DNA of 64,000 bases, from contig CAZNGF010000002.1 of the NCBI GenBank assembly GCA_964572855.1, positions 30,551 through 94,550 on the forward strand, given 5' to 3'. Shown here in pieces: positions 46,691 through 57,733 of this stretch (within the stretch, counting starts at the first letter, position 1; each line of letters opens with the position of its first letter). A model generated the notes under the pieces. That model was not told the origin of the DNA. It ran no database searches and saw only the letters and a list, made by a program, of their open reading frames with translations. This DNA is from an uncultured Thermotogae bacterium. Its GTDB lineage: Bacteria; Bipolaricaulota; Bipolaricaulia; RBG-16-55-9; JAJCYT01. Made by a program: the position numbers and the translations under genes.

Positions 46691-47709
46691 GGCGCTCGCT
46701 GGAACGGCTGGTCCCCTACCGCCCCACCCCGCACGCGGGCACGATTTTGCACAACAACGTCAACCGCTGGGGGCGCAACCCCGTCTGGGATAAGCTCCCC
46801 GAGTTGCTCGACCTCGTCCCCAACGACTACCCCGACGACGGCGCAACCGAGCTGCGCGACGCCCTGGCGGATCTGTACGGGCTCGCGCCCGAGCAGTTCC
46901 TGGTGGCCAACGGCTCCAACGAGGCCTTCGACCTCGCGTTCAAGGCCCTGCTCGACCCCGGCGCGCGGGTGGCCTTCCCGAGCCCGAGCTTCTCGATGTA
47001 CGCCAAGTACGCGCACATCAACGCGGTCGAGCCGGTCGAGATCGCACTGGACGACGCCTTCGACCTGGACGCGTCGGCCATGACGGACGCGGACGCCGAC
47101 CTGCACGTCCTTTGCTCGCCCAACAACCCCACCGGCAACCCCCTGAGCCGCGACCGCGTCGCGGCCGTGCTCGAGGGGAACCGGCCCGTGATCGTGGACG
47201 AGGCGTACGGGGAGTTTACGGAGCCCAACTGGCTCGACGAGGTCGCCAGACGCCCCAACCTGCTGGTGAGCCGCACGTTCTCGAAGGCCTACGGGCTCGC
47301 CGGCCTGCGGCTGGGCTACCTGGTCGGGAACGCCGATCTGATTCAACGCGTCGAGCGCGCCCGCCTGCCCTACAACCTCAACAGCGTGGCCCAGCGCGTG
47401 GCCGCTGCCGCGCTGGGCGAACAAGGCTTCGTGCGCGACTACGTCGCGTATGTAACGGCCGAGCGGCCCCGCTGGTCGGAAGCGCTCCGGGGCCTGGGCT
47501 TCCGGGTCTGGCCCTCGAAGACGAACTTCGTTTTGGCCCAGGTTCCGGACGAACGGGACCGCGACGCGCTCGTGGCCGCGCTCGGCGACCGCGACGTCTG
47601 GATCCGCTCGGCCGGCTCGCACCCGCGCCTGTCACGCTGCGTGCGGATCACGATCGGCTCGCACGACGACCGCGACGCGCTCTTCGGCGCGCTGGAGGAG
47701 GTGCTGTGA
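46687..47709 (+). CDS. hisC: Histidinol-phosphate aminotransferase.
   Basis: Class-II aminotransferase with the PLP lysine region (…RTFSKAYGLAGLRLGY…). ATG 46687 overlaps the hisD stop. Confidence 0.85.
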   Translation: MRRSLERLVPYRPTPHAGTILHNNVNRWGRNPVWDKLPELLDLVPNDYPDDGATELRDALADLYGLAPEQFLVANGSNEAFDLAFKALLDPGARVAFPSPSFSMYAKYAHINAVEPVEIALDDAFDLDASAMTDADADLHVLCSPNNPTGNPLSRDRVAAVLEGNRPVIVDEAYGEFTEPNWLDEVARRPNLLVSRTFSKAYGLAGLRLGYLVGNADLIQRVERARLPYNLNSVAQRVAAAALGEQGFVRDYVAYVTAERPRWSEALRGLGFRVWPSKTNFVLAQVPDERDRDALVAALGDRDVWIRSAGSHPRLSRCVRITIGSHDDRDALFGALEEVL

Positions 47710-48305
47710 GGGTCACGATCGCCGACCTCGACGTGGGCAACCTGCACAGCTTGAACAAGGCGCTCAAGCACCTGGGGGCCGAGACGACGATTACGGCCGA
47801 GCCGGACCGCTGGCTCGACGCCGAGGTGCTCGTCCTGCCCGGCGACGGCGCCTTCCGAAGCGTGGCGGCGCAGGTCGCGCCCCGGCACGAGGCGCTGGCC
47901 CAACGCGTGCGGGCGCGCCCGACGCTGGGCGTGTGCATCGGGATGCAACTCTTGTTCGAGTCGAGCGCCGAGGCGCCGGAGACCGCCGGCCTCAGCGTGC
48001 TCCCCGGCCAGGTCGAGCGCCTGCCCGCCGCGCGACTGCCGCACATGGGCTGGAACACCGTCGAACACCGGGGCGACGACCTGTTCGTAGCGGTGCCCTC
48101 GGGGGCCCACTTCTACTTCGTCCACAGCTACGCGCCGCTGGACTCGGAGGCGGCCGTGGGCTGGTGCGACTACGAGGGCACGTTTGCCGCCGCCGTGCGC
48201 GCCGGTCCGGCCAGCTACGCCGTCCAGTTCCACCCAGAAAAGAGCAGCCGTTGGGGCCTGGAGCTGCTGGATAACTTTTTAGCCATCGCGGAGGAGGCGC
48301 TTTGA
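47706..48305 (+). CDS. hisH: Imidazole glycerol phosphate synthase, glutamine amidotransferase subunit.
   Basis: Class-I GATase catalytic residues (GVCIGMQLL; HSY; FHPEKS). GTG 47706. Confidence 0.85.
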   Translation: MRVTIADLDVGNLHSLNKALKHLGAETTITAEPDRWLDAEVLVLPGDGAFRSVAAQVAPRHEALAQRVRARPTLGVCIGMQLLFESSAEAPETAGLSVLPGQVERLPAARLPHMGWNTVEHRGDDLFVAVPSGAHFYFVHSYAPLDSEAAVGWCDYEGTFAAAVRAGPASYAVQFHPEKSSRWGLELLDNFLAIAEEAL

Positions 48306-49030
48306 AGGGAGAAGGGGGGAAGATCTGGGCGGCCGTGGACGTGATGGGCGGCGAGTGCGTCCAGCTCAAAGGGGGCGATCCCGACACCGCGCGCTTCAAC
48401 CGGGACGCGCGCGCGGCCGCGCGCCACTGGGCCGCGCAAGGGGCCGACGGCCTGCACCTGATCGACCTGGATGCCGCACTCGAGCGCGGCCACAACCGCG
48501 CGCTGCTGGAGGCGATCGCCCGCGAGACCGACGCGCCCGTCCAGATCGGCGGCGGCGTACGCGACGACGACGCGCTCCGCTTCTGGCTCGACACAAGCGC
48601 GGACCGCGTCATCGTCGGGACGCGCGGCGTGGCCGACCCCGACTGGCTCGCGGACGCCGCCCAGCGGCACCCGGACCGGATCGTGCTCGCCGTCGACGCC
48701 CGCGGCGACGAGGTCGTGATCTCGGGCTGGACGCGTGGGGCGGGGGTCAAGCTGCTGGACTTGGCCGCGCGCGTGGCCGGCCTGCCGCTGGCCGGGCTGC
48801 TCTACACCAACGTCGGCGTCGAGGGCTCGCTGCACGGCATAGACCCCGAGCCCGTGCGCGCGCTCTGCGGGGCCGCGGACCTGCCCGTGCTGGTCTCCGG
48901 CGGGCTCAAGGACGCGCGCGACGTGGCAGCCGCTTTCGAGCTGGGCGCGGCGGGGGTCGTGCTGGGCACGGCGCTCTACGCGGGCGCGATTTCACTCTCG
49001 GAACTCGGGACCGAAAGGAGCACGACGTGA
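48302..49030 (+). CDS. hisA: ProFAR isomerase.
   Basis: (Beta/alpha)8 HisA motifs (…HLIDLDAA…, …VQIGGGVRD…, …VLGTALY…). Confidence 0.85.
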   Translation: MKGEGGKIWAAVDVMGGECVQLKGGDPDTARFNRDARAAARHWAAQGADGLHLIDLDAALERGHNRALLEAIARETDAPVQIGGGVRDDDALRFWLDTSADRVIVGTRGVADPDWLADAAQRHPDRIVLAVDARGDEVVISGWTRGAGVKLLDLAARVAGLPLAGLLYTNVGVEGSLHGIDPEPVRALCGAADLPVLVSGGLKDARDVAAAFELGAAGVVLGTALYAGAISLSELGTERSTT

Positions 49031-49578
49031 CCGACACGGGTTGGACCGAGCTCAAACGCCACACGCGCGAGACGGAGGTCGCCCTGCGGCTCAAACTGGG
49101 TGGGAGCGGTCAGACCGACCTCCAACTCGCCCCCTACTTCCTGCGCCACATGCTCGAGACGTTCGCCCTCTACGCGGGCTGCGATCTGGAACTGAAAGCC
49201 ACCGGCGAGGACGAGCACCACCTGATCGAGGACGTCGGGATCACGCTCGGCCGGGCCGTGCGCCAAGCGTTGCCCGACATGAAGATCGAACGCTTCGCGC
49301 ACGCGATCGTCCCCATGGACGACGCGCTCGTCCTGGCCGCGCTCGACCTGGTGGACCGCCCCTACGCATCCGTCGACCTACCCGACCCGCTGTACGCCCA
49401 CATGCTGCGCTCGATGACGCTCGAAGGGAAGTTCACGCTCCACCTCCGGCCGCTGGCCGGGGAGGACGTCCATCACGTGGTCGAGGCCGGCTTCAAGGCG
49501 CTCGGGCGCGCACTGCGCGCGGCGGTCCAGCCCGTAGGGGGCGTGTCGAGCGCCAAGGGCGAGGTGAGCTGGGCATGA
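49027..49578 (+). CDS. hisB: Imidazoleglycerol-phosphate dehydratase (monofunctional).
   Basis: IGPD motifs (…HHLIEDVGI…, …DDALV…, …[15 protein letters not shown]…). GTG 49027. No histidinol-phosphatase domain. Confidence 0.85.
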   Translation: MTDTGWTELKRHTRETEVALRLKLGGSGQTDLQLAPYFLRHMLETFALYAGCDLELKATGEDEHHLIEDVGITLGRAVRQALPDMKIERFAHAIVPMDDALVLAALDLVDRPYASVDLPDPLYAHMLRSMTLEGKFTLHLRPLAGEDVHHVVEAGFKALGRALRAAVQPVGGVSSAKGEVSWA

Positions 49579-50330
49579 CGCTGGCCAAGCGGATCGTCCC
49601 CTGCCTCGACGTCGACGGCGGGCGCGTGGTCAAGGGCGTGCGCTTCAAGGCACTGCGCGACGTGGGCGAGCCGGCCGAGCTGGCCGCCTTCTACGAGCGC
49701 CAAGGGGCCGACGAACTCGTCTTCTTGGACATCACCGCCTCGGTCGAGGGCCGCCAGACGTTTCTGGACGCCGTGCGCCGCACGGCCGAGACGCTGTTCG
49801 TCCCGCTCACCGTGGGCGGGGGCGTCGCATCGGTCCAGAGCATGTACGAGACGCTGCGTGCGGGTGCCGACAAGGTCTCGTTCAACACGGCCGCCGTGCG
49901 CGACCCCGAGCTCATCACCCGCTGCGCCGAACGCTTCGGCAGCCAGTGCGTCGTGGTGGCCATCGACGCCAAACGGGAGAGCGAAGGCTGGACGGTCTAC
50001 ACGCACGGCGGGCGGGCTGAAACGGGCCTGGACGCGCTCCACTGGGCACAGCGGGTCGTCGGGCTCGGCGCCGGCGAGATCCTGCTCACGAGCATGGATG
50101 CCGACGGCACCAAGGACGGCTACGACCTGGCGCTCACGCGCGCCGTCGTGGACGCGGTGTCCGTACCGGTCATCGCCTCGGGCGGCTGCGGCTCGAGCGA
50201 GCACATCGCGCGCGTCCTGGACGAGGGCGGCGCGCAAGCCGCGCTGGCGGCCTCGATCTTCCACGACGGCGAGTGCACCGTGGGCCAGGTCAAGGACGTG
50301 CTCAGGGCGCGCGGGGTGCCGGTGCGATGA
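49575..50330 (+). CDS. hisF: Imidazole glycerol phosphate synthase, cyclase subunit.
   Basis: [25 protein letters not shown]… is canonical HisF. Confidence 0.9.
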   Translation: MTLAKRIVPCLDVDGGRVVKGVRFKALRDVGEPAELAAFYERQGADELVFLDITASVEGRQTFLDAVRRTAETLFVPLTVGGGVASVQSMYETLRAGADKVSFNTAAVRDPELITRCAERFGSQCVVVAIDAKRESEGWTVYTHGGRAETGLDALHWAQRVVGLGAGEILLTSMDADGTKDGYDLALTRAVVDAVSVPVIASGGCGSSEHIARVLDEGGAQAALAASIFHDGECTVGQVKDVLRARGVPVR

Positions 50331-50905
50331 TCGATCTGGAAAAGGTGCGCTGGGACGCGCGCGGCCTCGTGCCCGTGGTCGCCCAGCATAGCGACGGGCG
50401 CGTGCTCATGCTGGCCTACGCCAACCGCGAGGCGCTGGAGAAAACGATCGAGACGGGTTTTATGCACTACTGGAGCCGCTCGCGCGCGGCGCTCTGGCAA
50501 AAGGGCGGGACCTCCGGACACCTCCAGCGTGTCCGCTCGCTCCACCTGGACTGCGACGGCGACGCCATACTCGCTCGAGTCCAACAAACCGGCCCCGCTT
50601 GCCATACGGGGCAAGCCACCTGCTTTGGCAACGAGCCCGCCACGATCTTGAACGAGCTCGAGCGCGTTTTTCGAGACCGGCAAGCCAACCCAAAGCCCGA
50701 CTCCTACGTCAACAAGCTCTTGGGCGAGCCGCGCCGCCTGCGCCAGAAGGTGGGCGAGGAGGGCGTCGAGGTCGCGCTGGCTCAAGGGGAAGCCGAGCTC
50801 TCGACCGAAGCGGCCGACCTCGTTTTCCACCTGCTGCTTGCGCTCTATCAAGCCGGACTCGACTGGTCCGACGTGCTGGCCGAGCTGGAACGGAGGCGGG
50901 CGTGA
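50327..50905 (+). CDS. hisIE: Bifunctional phosphoribosyl-AMP cyclohydrolase / phosphoribosyl-ATP pyrophosphatase.
   Basis: HisI part (…[17 protein letters not shown]…CDGD…) fused to HisE part (…[19 protein letters not shown]…). Confidence 0.85.
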   Translation: MIDLEKVRWDARGLVPVVAQHSDGRVLMLAYANREALEKTIETGFMHYWSRSRAALWQKGGTSGHLQRVRSLHLDCDGDAILARVQQTGPACHTGQATCFGNEPATILNELERVFRDRQANPKPDSYVNKLLGEPRRLRQKVGEEGVEVALAQGEAELSTEAADLVFHLLLALYQAGLDWSDVLAELERRRA

Positions 50906-52383
50906 TCCGGCGCGCGCTGCTGAGCGTCTCGGACAAGGCCGGGCTGGTCACTCTCGCGCGCGGACTGAGCCAATTGGGCGTCGAGCTGATCGCCACCGGC
51001 GGCACGGCCGCCGCGCTGCGCGAAGCGGGGTTGGCTGTGCGCGAGGTCGCAGAGCTCACCGGCTTTCCCGAGCTGCTGGGCGGCCGGGTCAAGACGCTCC
51101 ACCCCGCGCTGCACGCGGGACTGCTGGCGCGACGCGACCTGCCCGACCAAATGGCCGAGCTCGAAGCGCGCGGGATCGACCCCATCGACCTGGTTGCAGT
51201 CAACCTCTACCCGTTCGAGCGAGGCGTGGGACCCGACACGCCGCTGGAAGAGGCGCTGGAGCTGATCGACATCGGCGGCGAGACCCTGCTGCGCGCCGCC
51301 GCCAAAAACTTTCCTGCGGTGCTCCCGGTCGTCGATCCCGCGGACTACGGCTCCGTGCTCGACGCGCTGGAGTCAAACGGCGACCTCAGCCCCGAACGTC
51401 GTCGGGCGCTGGCCCGCAAGGCGTTCGCGCACGCGGCTCGCTACAACGCGGCCATCGCAAGCCACTTCGCCGACGACCCGCTGGCGGAGGACCTGACGCT
51501 GGGCCTGCCGCGCGCCCAGCTCCTGCGCTACGGCGAGAACCCGGACCAGCGGGCCGCACTCTACGGGGTGCCTGCCGAGCAACTGGCCGGCAAGGGGCTG
51601 TCGTGGACCAACGTGCTCGACCTCGACGCGGCGTGGGACTTGGCCCGGCGTTTCGATCGCCCCGCCTGCGTCATCGTCAAGCACGCCACGCCCTGCGGCG
51701 CGGCCGTGGCGCGCAGCGCGCGCCTGGCCTTCTCTGCCGCGCTCGCCGGCGACCAGCAGTCCGCCTTCGGCGGCGTGGTCGGCCTCAACCGCCCCGTCGG
51801 CGTCGGACTCGCTCGGCGGCTTGCCAAGCGCTTTCTGGAGGCCGTGGTCGCGCCCGAGTTCAGCCCGGAGGCGCTGGAAACGCTCAAGCGCAAGCCCAAC
51901 CTGCGCCTGCTGATCGGACCTGAGCGCGCGCCGGCGCTGGAGGCGCGCTCGACCGCGTTCGGCTGGATGGCGCAAACCGACCCGCCGTCGACCCCGCTGC
52001 GGCTGAGCGGGACCACCGAGCGCGACCTCACCGAGTCGCAGCGGCGCGACGCGCGCTTCGGCTGGGCGGTCGTGCGCGCGGTCAAGTCCAACGCCGTCGT
52101 CCTCGTGCGCGAGGGCGCCACGGTGGGCATCGGCGCGGGCCAGATGAGCCGCGTCGACGCGGTCCGCATGGCGCTCTGGAAGGCCGGGGAGCGGGCTCAG
52201 GGCGCCGTGCTGGTCTCCGACGGCTTTTTCCCCTTCCCCGACTCGATCGAGTTGGCCGCCGAGGCCGGCGTCGAGGCCGTGATCCAGCCCGGCGGCTCGA
52301 TCCGCGACGACGAGGTCGTGGGCGCGGCGGACCGGGCGGGCCTGGCCATGGCGTGTACGGGCCGGCGCGCGTTCCGGCACTGA
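50902..52383 (+). CDS. purH: Bifunctional AICAR transformylase / IMP cyclohydrolase.
   Basis: MGS-like N-domain ([13 protein letters not shown]…STGGTA) and AICARFT domain. GTG 50902 overlaps the hisIE stop. Confidence 0.85.
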   Translation: MIRRALLSVSDKAGLVTLARGLSQLGVELIATGGTAAALREAGLAVREVAELTGFPELLGGRVKTLHPALHAGLLARRDLPDQMAELEARGIDPIDLVAVNLYPFERGVGPDTPLEEALELIDIGGETLLRAAAKNFPAVLPVVDPADYGSVLDALESNGDLSPERRRALARKAFAHAARYNAAIASHFADDPLAEDLTLGLPRAQLLRYGENPDQRAALYGVPAEQLAGKGLSWTNVLDLDAAWDLARRFDRPACVIVKHATPCGAAVARSARLAFSAALAGDQQSAFGGVVGLNRPVGVGLARRLAKRFLEAVVAPEFSPEALETLKRKPNLRLLIGPERAPALEARSTAFGWMAQTDPPSTPLRLSGTTERDLTESQRRDARFGWAVVRAVKSNAVVLVREGATVGIGAGQMSRVDAVRMALWKAGERAQGAVLVSDGFFPFPDSIELAAEAGVEAVIQPGGSIRDDEVVGAADRAGLAMACTGRRAFRH

Positions 52384-52477
52384 TCCGGGTCCTTGCCATT
52401 GCCTTGCCGCGGCCCTACCTTGGCCGCAAAACGCCCTTGCAGCGCACGGAACGCACGGGGCACAACACGGAGGCATC

Positions 52478-53983
52478 ATGGACGCAAAACTGAACGAGCT
52501 CAAGGACTTGTGGCGCACGTACAGCGACCTCACCGGTGCGGCCGCGCTGCTGCACTGGGACCAGGCCACCCAGATGCCGCCGGGGGGCGCCCCGGCGCGC
52601 GCGCGCCAGCTGGCCACGCTCCAACGACTGGCCCACGAAACGCTTACAGACGAGCGCCTGGGGCGCGTGCTGGATGACCTGGGAGTCTACGCAAACGACT
52701 TGCCCGAGGATTCGGACGACGCCCGCCTGATCCGCGTGGCGCGCCGGGACTACGAGAAAGCCACGCGCCTGCCGGCCGCGCTCGTGGCCGAGATGAGCGA
52801 GCACGCAGCCAACGCCTTCGCGGCCTGGGCCAAAGCCCGGCCTCAAAACGACTTCGACGCGGTGGCCCCGCTGCTGGAACAGACGCTCGAGCTGAGCCGC
52901 CGCTACGCCGAGCACTTCGAGCACGAACACATCATGGATCCGCTCATCGACGAGTCCGACCCCGGCATGACCGTGGCCCAGATCCAGCCGCTGTTCGCTC
53001 AACTGCGCCGGGCGCTCGTCCCGCTGGTCGAGGCCATCGCGGAGCAAGCCCCGGCCGACGACGCGTGCCTGCACAGACGTTACCCGGAGGCCCAGCAGCG
53101 GGCGTTCGGGGAGTCGATCATCAAACGCTTCGGCTACGACTTCGAGCGCGGCCGGCAGGACAAGACGCACCACCCGTTCATGATCAAGTTCTCCCTGGGC
53201 GACGTGCGCATCACGACGCGCTTCAATGAGGACAATCTGGCCGAAGGGCTCTTCAGCACGATGCACGAGGCCGGCCACGCCATGTACGAACAGGGCATCG
53301 ACCGCGCCTTTGAAGCCACCCCGCTGGCACGCGGCACCTCCTCCGGCGTGCACGAGAGCCAATCGCGCCTGTGGGAGAACCTGGTGGGCCGCAGCCTCGG
53401 CTTCTGGAAACACTTCTATCCCGAGCTGCAGGCGCAGTTCCCCGACCAGCTCGGGGACACCGCGCTGGAGACGTTCTACCGCGCCGTCAACAAGGTCGGC
53501 CGCTCGCTCATCCGTACCGACGCCGACGAGCTCACCTACAACCTCCACGTCCTGGTGCGCTTCGAGCTGGAACTGCGGCTGCTGGAGGGCAAGCTGAGGG
53601 TGCGCGACCTGCCCGAGGCCTGGAACGAGGCCTACCGGGACACCGTCGGGGTCGCCCCGCCCGACCACAAGGACGGCGTCCTGCAGGACGTCCACTGGTT
53701 CGCGGGGACCGTCGGCGGGGCGTTCCAGGGCTACACGCTCGGCAACGTGATGAGCGCCCAGATCTACGAGGCCGCGCTGCAAGCGCACCCCGACATCCCA
53801 AGCGAGATCGAGCGCGGCCAGTTCGGGACGCTGCACGGCTGGCTGCGGGACAACGTCTACGCGCACGGGCGCAAGTACGCGGCGGACGAGCTCATCCAGC
53901 GCGTCACGGGCGCGCCGCTCTCGGTCGAGCCGTACCTGCGCTATCTGAAGGAAAAGTTCGGCGGCCTCTACGAACTCGGGTGA
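52478..53983 (+). CDS. Carboxypeptidase Taq-like metallo-carboxypeptidase (peptidase family M32).
   Basis: 501 aa, HEXXH zinc motif in HEAGHAMYEQG, and the M32-typical IRTDADELTY / HWF…G regions. Confidence 0.8.
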   Translation: MDAKLNELKDLWRTYSDLTGAAALLHWDQATQMPPGGAPARARQLATLQRLAHETLTDERLGRVLDDLGVYANDLPEDSDDARLIRVARRDYEKATRLPAALVAEMSEHAANAFAAWAKARPQNDFDAVAPLLEQTLELSRRYAEHFEHEHIMDPLIDESDPGMTVAQIQPLFAQLRRALVPLVEAIAEQAPADDACLHRRYPEAQQRAFGESIIKRFGYDFERGRQDKTHHPFMIKFSLGDVRITTRFNEDNLAEGLFSTMHEAGHAMYEQGIDRAFEATPLARGTSSGVHESQSRLWENLVGRSLGFWKHFYPELQAQFPDQLGDTALETFYRAVNKVGRSLIRTDADELTYNLHVLVRFELELRLLEGKLRVRDLPEAWNEAYRDTVGVAPPDHKDGVLQDVHWFAGTVGGAFQGYTLGNVMSAQIYEAALQAHPDIPSEIERGQFGTLHGWLRDNVYAHGRKYAADELIQRVTGAPLSVEPYLRYLKEKFGGLYELG

Positions 53984-53999
53984 TCGGGACCGGCACCGA

Positions 54000-54857
54000 C
54001 TAGCGCAGCTCCGGGGCGCGTGCGACCGGACGCCCCGGCTCAGCGCACCACTGGCTCCACGAGCCCACGTAGAGCCGCGCCCCCGACAGGCCCGCGTGCG
54101 CCAGGGCGAGCAGGTGGTGGCACGCGCTCACGCCCGAGCCGCAGTAGACCGTGGCGTCCTCGGGGGGCGCGCTTCCCAGCAGGTTTTGGAATTCCTCGCG
54201 CAGCGACGCGGCCGGCTTGAACGTGCCGTCTCCTCGCAGGTTGTCGCCGTAGTAGCGGTTGCGCGCGCCGGGGATGTGGCCGGCGACCGGGTCGATGGGT
54301 TCCTCCTCGCCGCGGTAGCGCTCGGGGGAGCGGGCGTCGATCAGCAAATGCTCGGGATCCTCCAACATCGCTTCGACGTCAACCAGCGTGGCGATTCCCT
54401 CGGTGCGCGGCGTCCCCTGGAACGTCGCGGGCGCGTTCCGCTCGACGCCGACTTGCAGCGGTCTGCCCTCGCGCGCCCACTTCGGGAACCCACCGTCCAG
54501 CACGGCGGCGGCCTCGTGGCCCAGGCAACGCAGAGCCCACCACAGGCGCGCGGCGATCGCGCCGCCCAGGTCGTCGTAGGCCACGACCTGCGTCGCGTTC
54601 GAGATGCCCCACGCGCCCAGCGTCCGTTTGAACGCCTCCCAGTCCGGCAGCGGATGCCGGCCGCTGGTTTTCGTGGCCGGGCCGGCCAGGTCGTGGTCGA
54701 GGTGGGCGTAGACCGCGCCGGGGACGTGGCCCTCCCGATAGCGCGCAAAGCCCGCATCGGGATCGGCCAAGTCGAAGCGGCAGTCGACCCCGACCCAGGC
54801 GGGGTCGTTCAGATGTGCGTTCAGGTCGTCCGTGGAGATCAGCGTGCGGTGGGTCAC
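54000..54857 (-). CDS. Thiosulfate / 3-mercaptopyruvate sulfurtransferase (tandem rhodanese domains).
   Basis: Two rhodanese domains. The catalytic Cys loop CGSGVSA is in the C-terminal domain. It overlaps the upstream CaCA gene stop by 4 nt. Confidence 0.8.
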   Translation of the reverse strand: MTHRTLISTDDLNAHLNDPAWVGVDCRFDLADPDAGFARYREGHVPGAVYAHLDHDLAGPATKTSGRHPLPDWEAFKRTLGAWGISNATQVVAYDDLGGAIAARLWWALRCLGHEAAAVLDGGFPKWAREGRPLQVGVERNAPATFQGTPRTEGIATLVDVEAMLEDPEHLLIDARSPERYRGEEEPIDPVAGHIPGARNRYYGDNLRGDGTFKPAASLREEFQNLLGSAPPEDATVYCGSGVSACHHLLALAHAGLSGARLYVGSWSQWCAEPGRPVARAPELR

Positions 54858-55837
54858 GGCAGCTCCGGCACGGCCGCCTGCGGGCCGAACAGCCAGATGA
54901 GCGCGACGAAGTAGGCCACGTACAGCCCCAGCATCGCGATCCCTTCGCGCCGGGTCATCTGCCAGCCCGTGCGCAGGAAGACGAGCATGGTCAAGACCAC
55001 GACGATCATGGCCGGGAACGAGAAGTTGATGATGGCGGGCTCGACCGTGATCGGGTTGACCAGCGCGGACATGCCGGCGATCCAGAGGATGTTCAAGATG
55101 TCCGCGCCGATGATGTTGCCCGCGGCCACCTCGGTCTCGCCGCGCCGGGCCGCCGAGATCACGGTGGCGATCTCGGGCAGCGACGTGCCCACGGCCACCA
55201 TCGTGAGGCCGATGATGATCTGCGGCACGCCGAAGGCCGCGGCGATGGCCGTGGCCGACTCCACGATCAGGTGACTGGCGACCAGCACGCCCAGCAGCCC
55301 GCCGCCGAAGAACAACCCGACGCGGTGCCAGCGGTGCGGCACCGCGTCGGGTGCGACCTCCTCGACGGGGAGGATCGAGCGCCCGCGCTTGGCGGCCCGA
55401 ACGGCGGTCAGAATGTAGACCGCCAGGCCCAGCACGAGCATGGCGCCTTCCATCCGGCTCAGCGTGCCGTCGGCGGCCAGCCCGTAGGCGATCACGTCCA
55501 CGGCGATCAAGAAGAGGGCCGCCGCGCGGAACGTTCCGCGGTGCACGACGATGGGCGCGATCAGCGCCGCCAGCGCCAGCGCGAGCGCGTCGTCGGCGAT
55601 CACGGAACCGATCGCGTTTCCCAGCGCGATCTCGGGCTCGCCGCGCCAGGCCGCCTGCACCGAGACCAACAGCTCGGGCAGCGTGGTCGAAAAGCCCACG
55701 ATCACGATGCCAACGAGCATTTTCGGCAGCTCAAGCTTGAGCGAAAGCCCGACCGAGCCGGCCACGAACCAGTCCCCGGCCTTGAACAGGATGACCAGCG
55801 CCACGATAAACACGAGCGCCGCGACCGTGACGTCCAC
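54854..55837 (-). CDS. Ca2+/Na+ antiporter, CaCA family (YrbG-like).
   Basis: Two alpha-repeat halves with GNAIGS…/GNIIGA… signature motifs (GNAIGSVIADDALAL; AAGNIIGADILNILW). Confidence 0.8.
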   Translation of the reverse strand: MDVTVAALVFIVALVILFKAGDWFVAGSVGLSLKLELPKMLVGIVIVGFSTTLPELLVSVQAAWRGEPEIALGNAIGSVIADDALALALAALIAPIVVHRGTFRAAALFLIAVDVIAYGLAADGTLSRMEGAMLVLGLAVYILTAVRAAKRGRSILPVEEVAPDAVPHRWHRVGLFFGGGLLGVLVASHLIVESATAIAAAFGVPQIIIGLTMVAVGTSLPEIATVISAARRGETEVAAGNIIGADILNILWIAGMSALVNPITVEPAIINFSFPAMIVVVLTMLVFLRTGWQMTRREGIAMLGLYVAYFVALIWLFGPQAAVPELP

Positions 55838-55891
55838 GCGATCCCCTCCGCTTGTGGCTGAAAACGGGAAAAGCCGTCTTCGGCCAAAGTA

Positions 55892-56455
55892 TCAGCCCCG
55901 CCGGGTCTTGGCAAAGATCAGCGTGTCGCGTACCTCGCCCCGCGACGAGACGTCGTCGCAGCGCAAGGTGGCCTCCAATTCGTACTGCAGCGCCTCGGGC
56001 ACGCGGCGGCTGCGGGCGTTGCGCGGGTCGCAGCGGATCTCGACGCGCCGGGCGCCCAGCGCCTGGAACGCGAAACGCGTGATGGCCTCGACGGCCTCGC
56101 GGATGTAGCCCCGGCGCGCGTAGGGCGTGCGCACCCAGTAGCCGATCTCGAACTTGGGCACGTTCCAGTCGATGCGGTGCAGCCCGCTGCAGCCGACCAG
56201 CGTCTCAGTCCCTTTCAGGTACAGGTGCAAGCGCAGGTCCTTGCGCGCCAGGAAGTCGACCCAGGCTTGGCGCACGTTCTCCTCGGCTTCCTCCGCCGAC
56301 TGCTCGGACTGCGCCCAGGGCATCCAGGGCTTGAGCTCGTTCAAGCTCTCGGCGATCGCGGCGCGTAGCTCGACTCCGTCTCCGGGGCGCGGCGCGCGGA
56401 TCAGCAGCCGCTCGGACTCGAAGGCGTCGGGAAAGTCTTTCAGGATTGGATGCAT
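55892..56455 (-). CDS. GNAT-family N-acetyltransferase (RimJ/RimL-like).
   Basis: LIRAPRPGDGVELRAAIAES… and a GNAT fold with the RRGYIREAVEAITRFAF acetyl-CoA-binding motif. Start MHPILK at 56455. Confidence 0.7.
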   Translation of the reverse strand: MHPILKDFPDAFESERLLIRAPRPGDGVELRAAIAESLNELKPWMPWAQSEQSAEEAEENVRQAWVDFLARKDLRLHLYLKGTETLVGCSGLHRIDWNVPKFEIGYWVRTPYARRGYIREAVEAITRFAFQALGARRVEIRCDPRNARSRRVPEALQYELEATLRCDDVSSRGEVRDTLIFAKTRRG

Positions 56456-56596
56456 GCCGCCCGTTATACGGCAGCGAGGGCGGAGCTGGCAACGGGGGGA
56501 ACCCTGCCCCATGATGGAGGTCAGCGCTGCCGTTGACCGAAATCATCTCGCGCCCCCGCAGCGCCCCGTACACTTGGCCCCGCAAGGGAGGAAACC

Positions 56597-57733
56597 ATGA
56601 TCGTTGGCGTTCCCAAGGAAATACCGTGGCTCAAGGGCGCCCAGGAGCGGCGTGTCGGGCTTTCGCCCGCCGGCGCGTCGGAACTGGCTCATGGGGGCGC
56701 CACCGTCCTGATTCAGCACGGCGCGGGCGAGGGCGCCGGCTTTTCGGACGAGACCTATGAGGAAGGCGGCGCGCACATCGTGGCCAGCGCCGAGGAGGTC
56801 TACCTCCGCTCCGAGATCCTCTGTAAGGTCGAGCGGCCCGACGAGTCGGAGTGGCGTTACCTGCAACCGGGGCACGTCCTGCTGGGCTACCTGCATCTGG
56901 CCGCCGCGCCCAAGTCGTTTTTGGAAACCCTGATCGAACAGCGCGTGACGGCGATCGGCTACGAGGTCATCCAGGACGACGCCGGCCGGCTCCCCGTGCT
57001 TGAACTGACCAGCCAGATCGCCGGCCGGCTCACACCGCAACTGGCCGGCCGGCTGCTGGAGCGCGGCCGCGGCACCCTGTTGAGCGGCATCCCCGGCGTG
57101 CCGCCCGCCGACGTCGTCATCCTGGGCGGGGGCACGCTGGGCTACCACGCGGCCCGCGCGCTGCTGGGCGCCGAGGCCAGCGTCTACATCCTGGAGCGCG
57201 ACCTGCAACGGGCCAGCGCGATCGACCGCCTGCTGGGGGGGCGCGCCGTGGTCGCGATGTCCAACCGCCAGAACCTCGAAAAGTTCGTCAAGTTCGCCGA
57301 CGTCCTGGTGGGCGCCGTGCTGCAGCCGGGCGAGCGCGCGCCGCTGCTGGTGACGCGCCCCATGGTGCGCTCGATGGAGGAGGGCGCGGTGTTCCTGGAC
57401 TTCTCGATCGACCAGGGGGGCTGCTCCGAGACCTCGCGGCTTACCCCGACCGAGGACGAGATCTACACCGAATCGGGCGTCATCCACTGCTGTATGCCGA
57501 CGATCTCGAGCGTGGTGGCCCGCACGGCCACGCACGCGCTCTCCAACGCGGCCATCCCCTACGTCAGGCGGCTCGCGAAAAGCCCGCTGCACGCCGTCAT
57601 AGGCGAGAAGCCCGAGCTGGCGCGCGGGGTCTACACGCACGGCGGCCTGGCCACGCACCCCTCCCTGGCGGGCGAGAGCGCCGTCCCGTCCGCGTCGCTG
57701 GAGGACGCCTTGAAAGCGAGGCCCACCCCATGA
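56597..57733 (+). CDS. ald: Alanine dehydrogenase (AlaDH/PNT family).
   Basis: MIVGVPKEIPWLKGAQERRVGLSPAGASEL…, the NAD-binding GGGTLGYHAARALLGAEASV, and the C-terminal AlaDH region. Confidence 0.75.
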   Translation: MIVGVPKEIPWLKGAQERRVGLSPAGASELAHGGATVLIQHGAGEGAGFSDETYEEGGAHIVASAEEVYLRSEILCKVERPDESEWRYLQPGHVLLGYLHLAAAPKSFLETLIEQRVTAIGYEVIQDDAGRLPVLELTSQIAGRLTPQLAGRLLERGRGTLLSGIPGVPPADVVILGGGTLGYHAARALLGAEASVYILERDLQRASAIDRLLGGRAVVAMSNRQNLEKFVKFADVLVGAVLQPGERAPLLVTRPMVRSMEEGAVFLDFSIDQGGCSETSRLTPTEDEIYTESGVIHCCMPTISSVVARTATHALSNAAIPYVRRLAKSPLHAVIGEKPELARGVYTHGGLATHPSLAGESAVPSASLEDALKARPTP

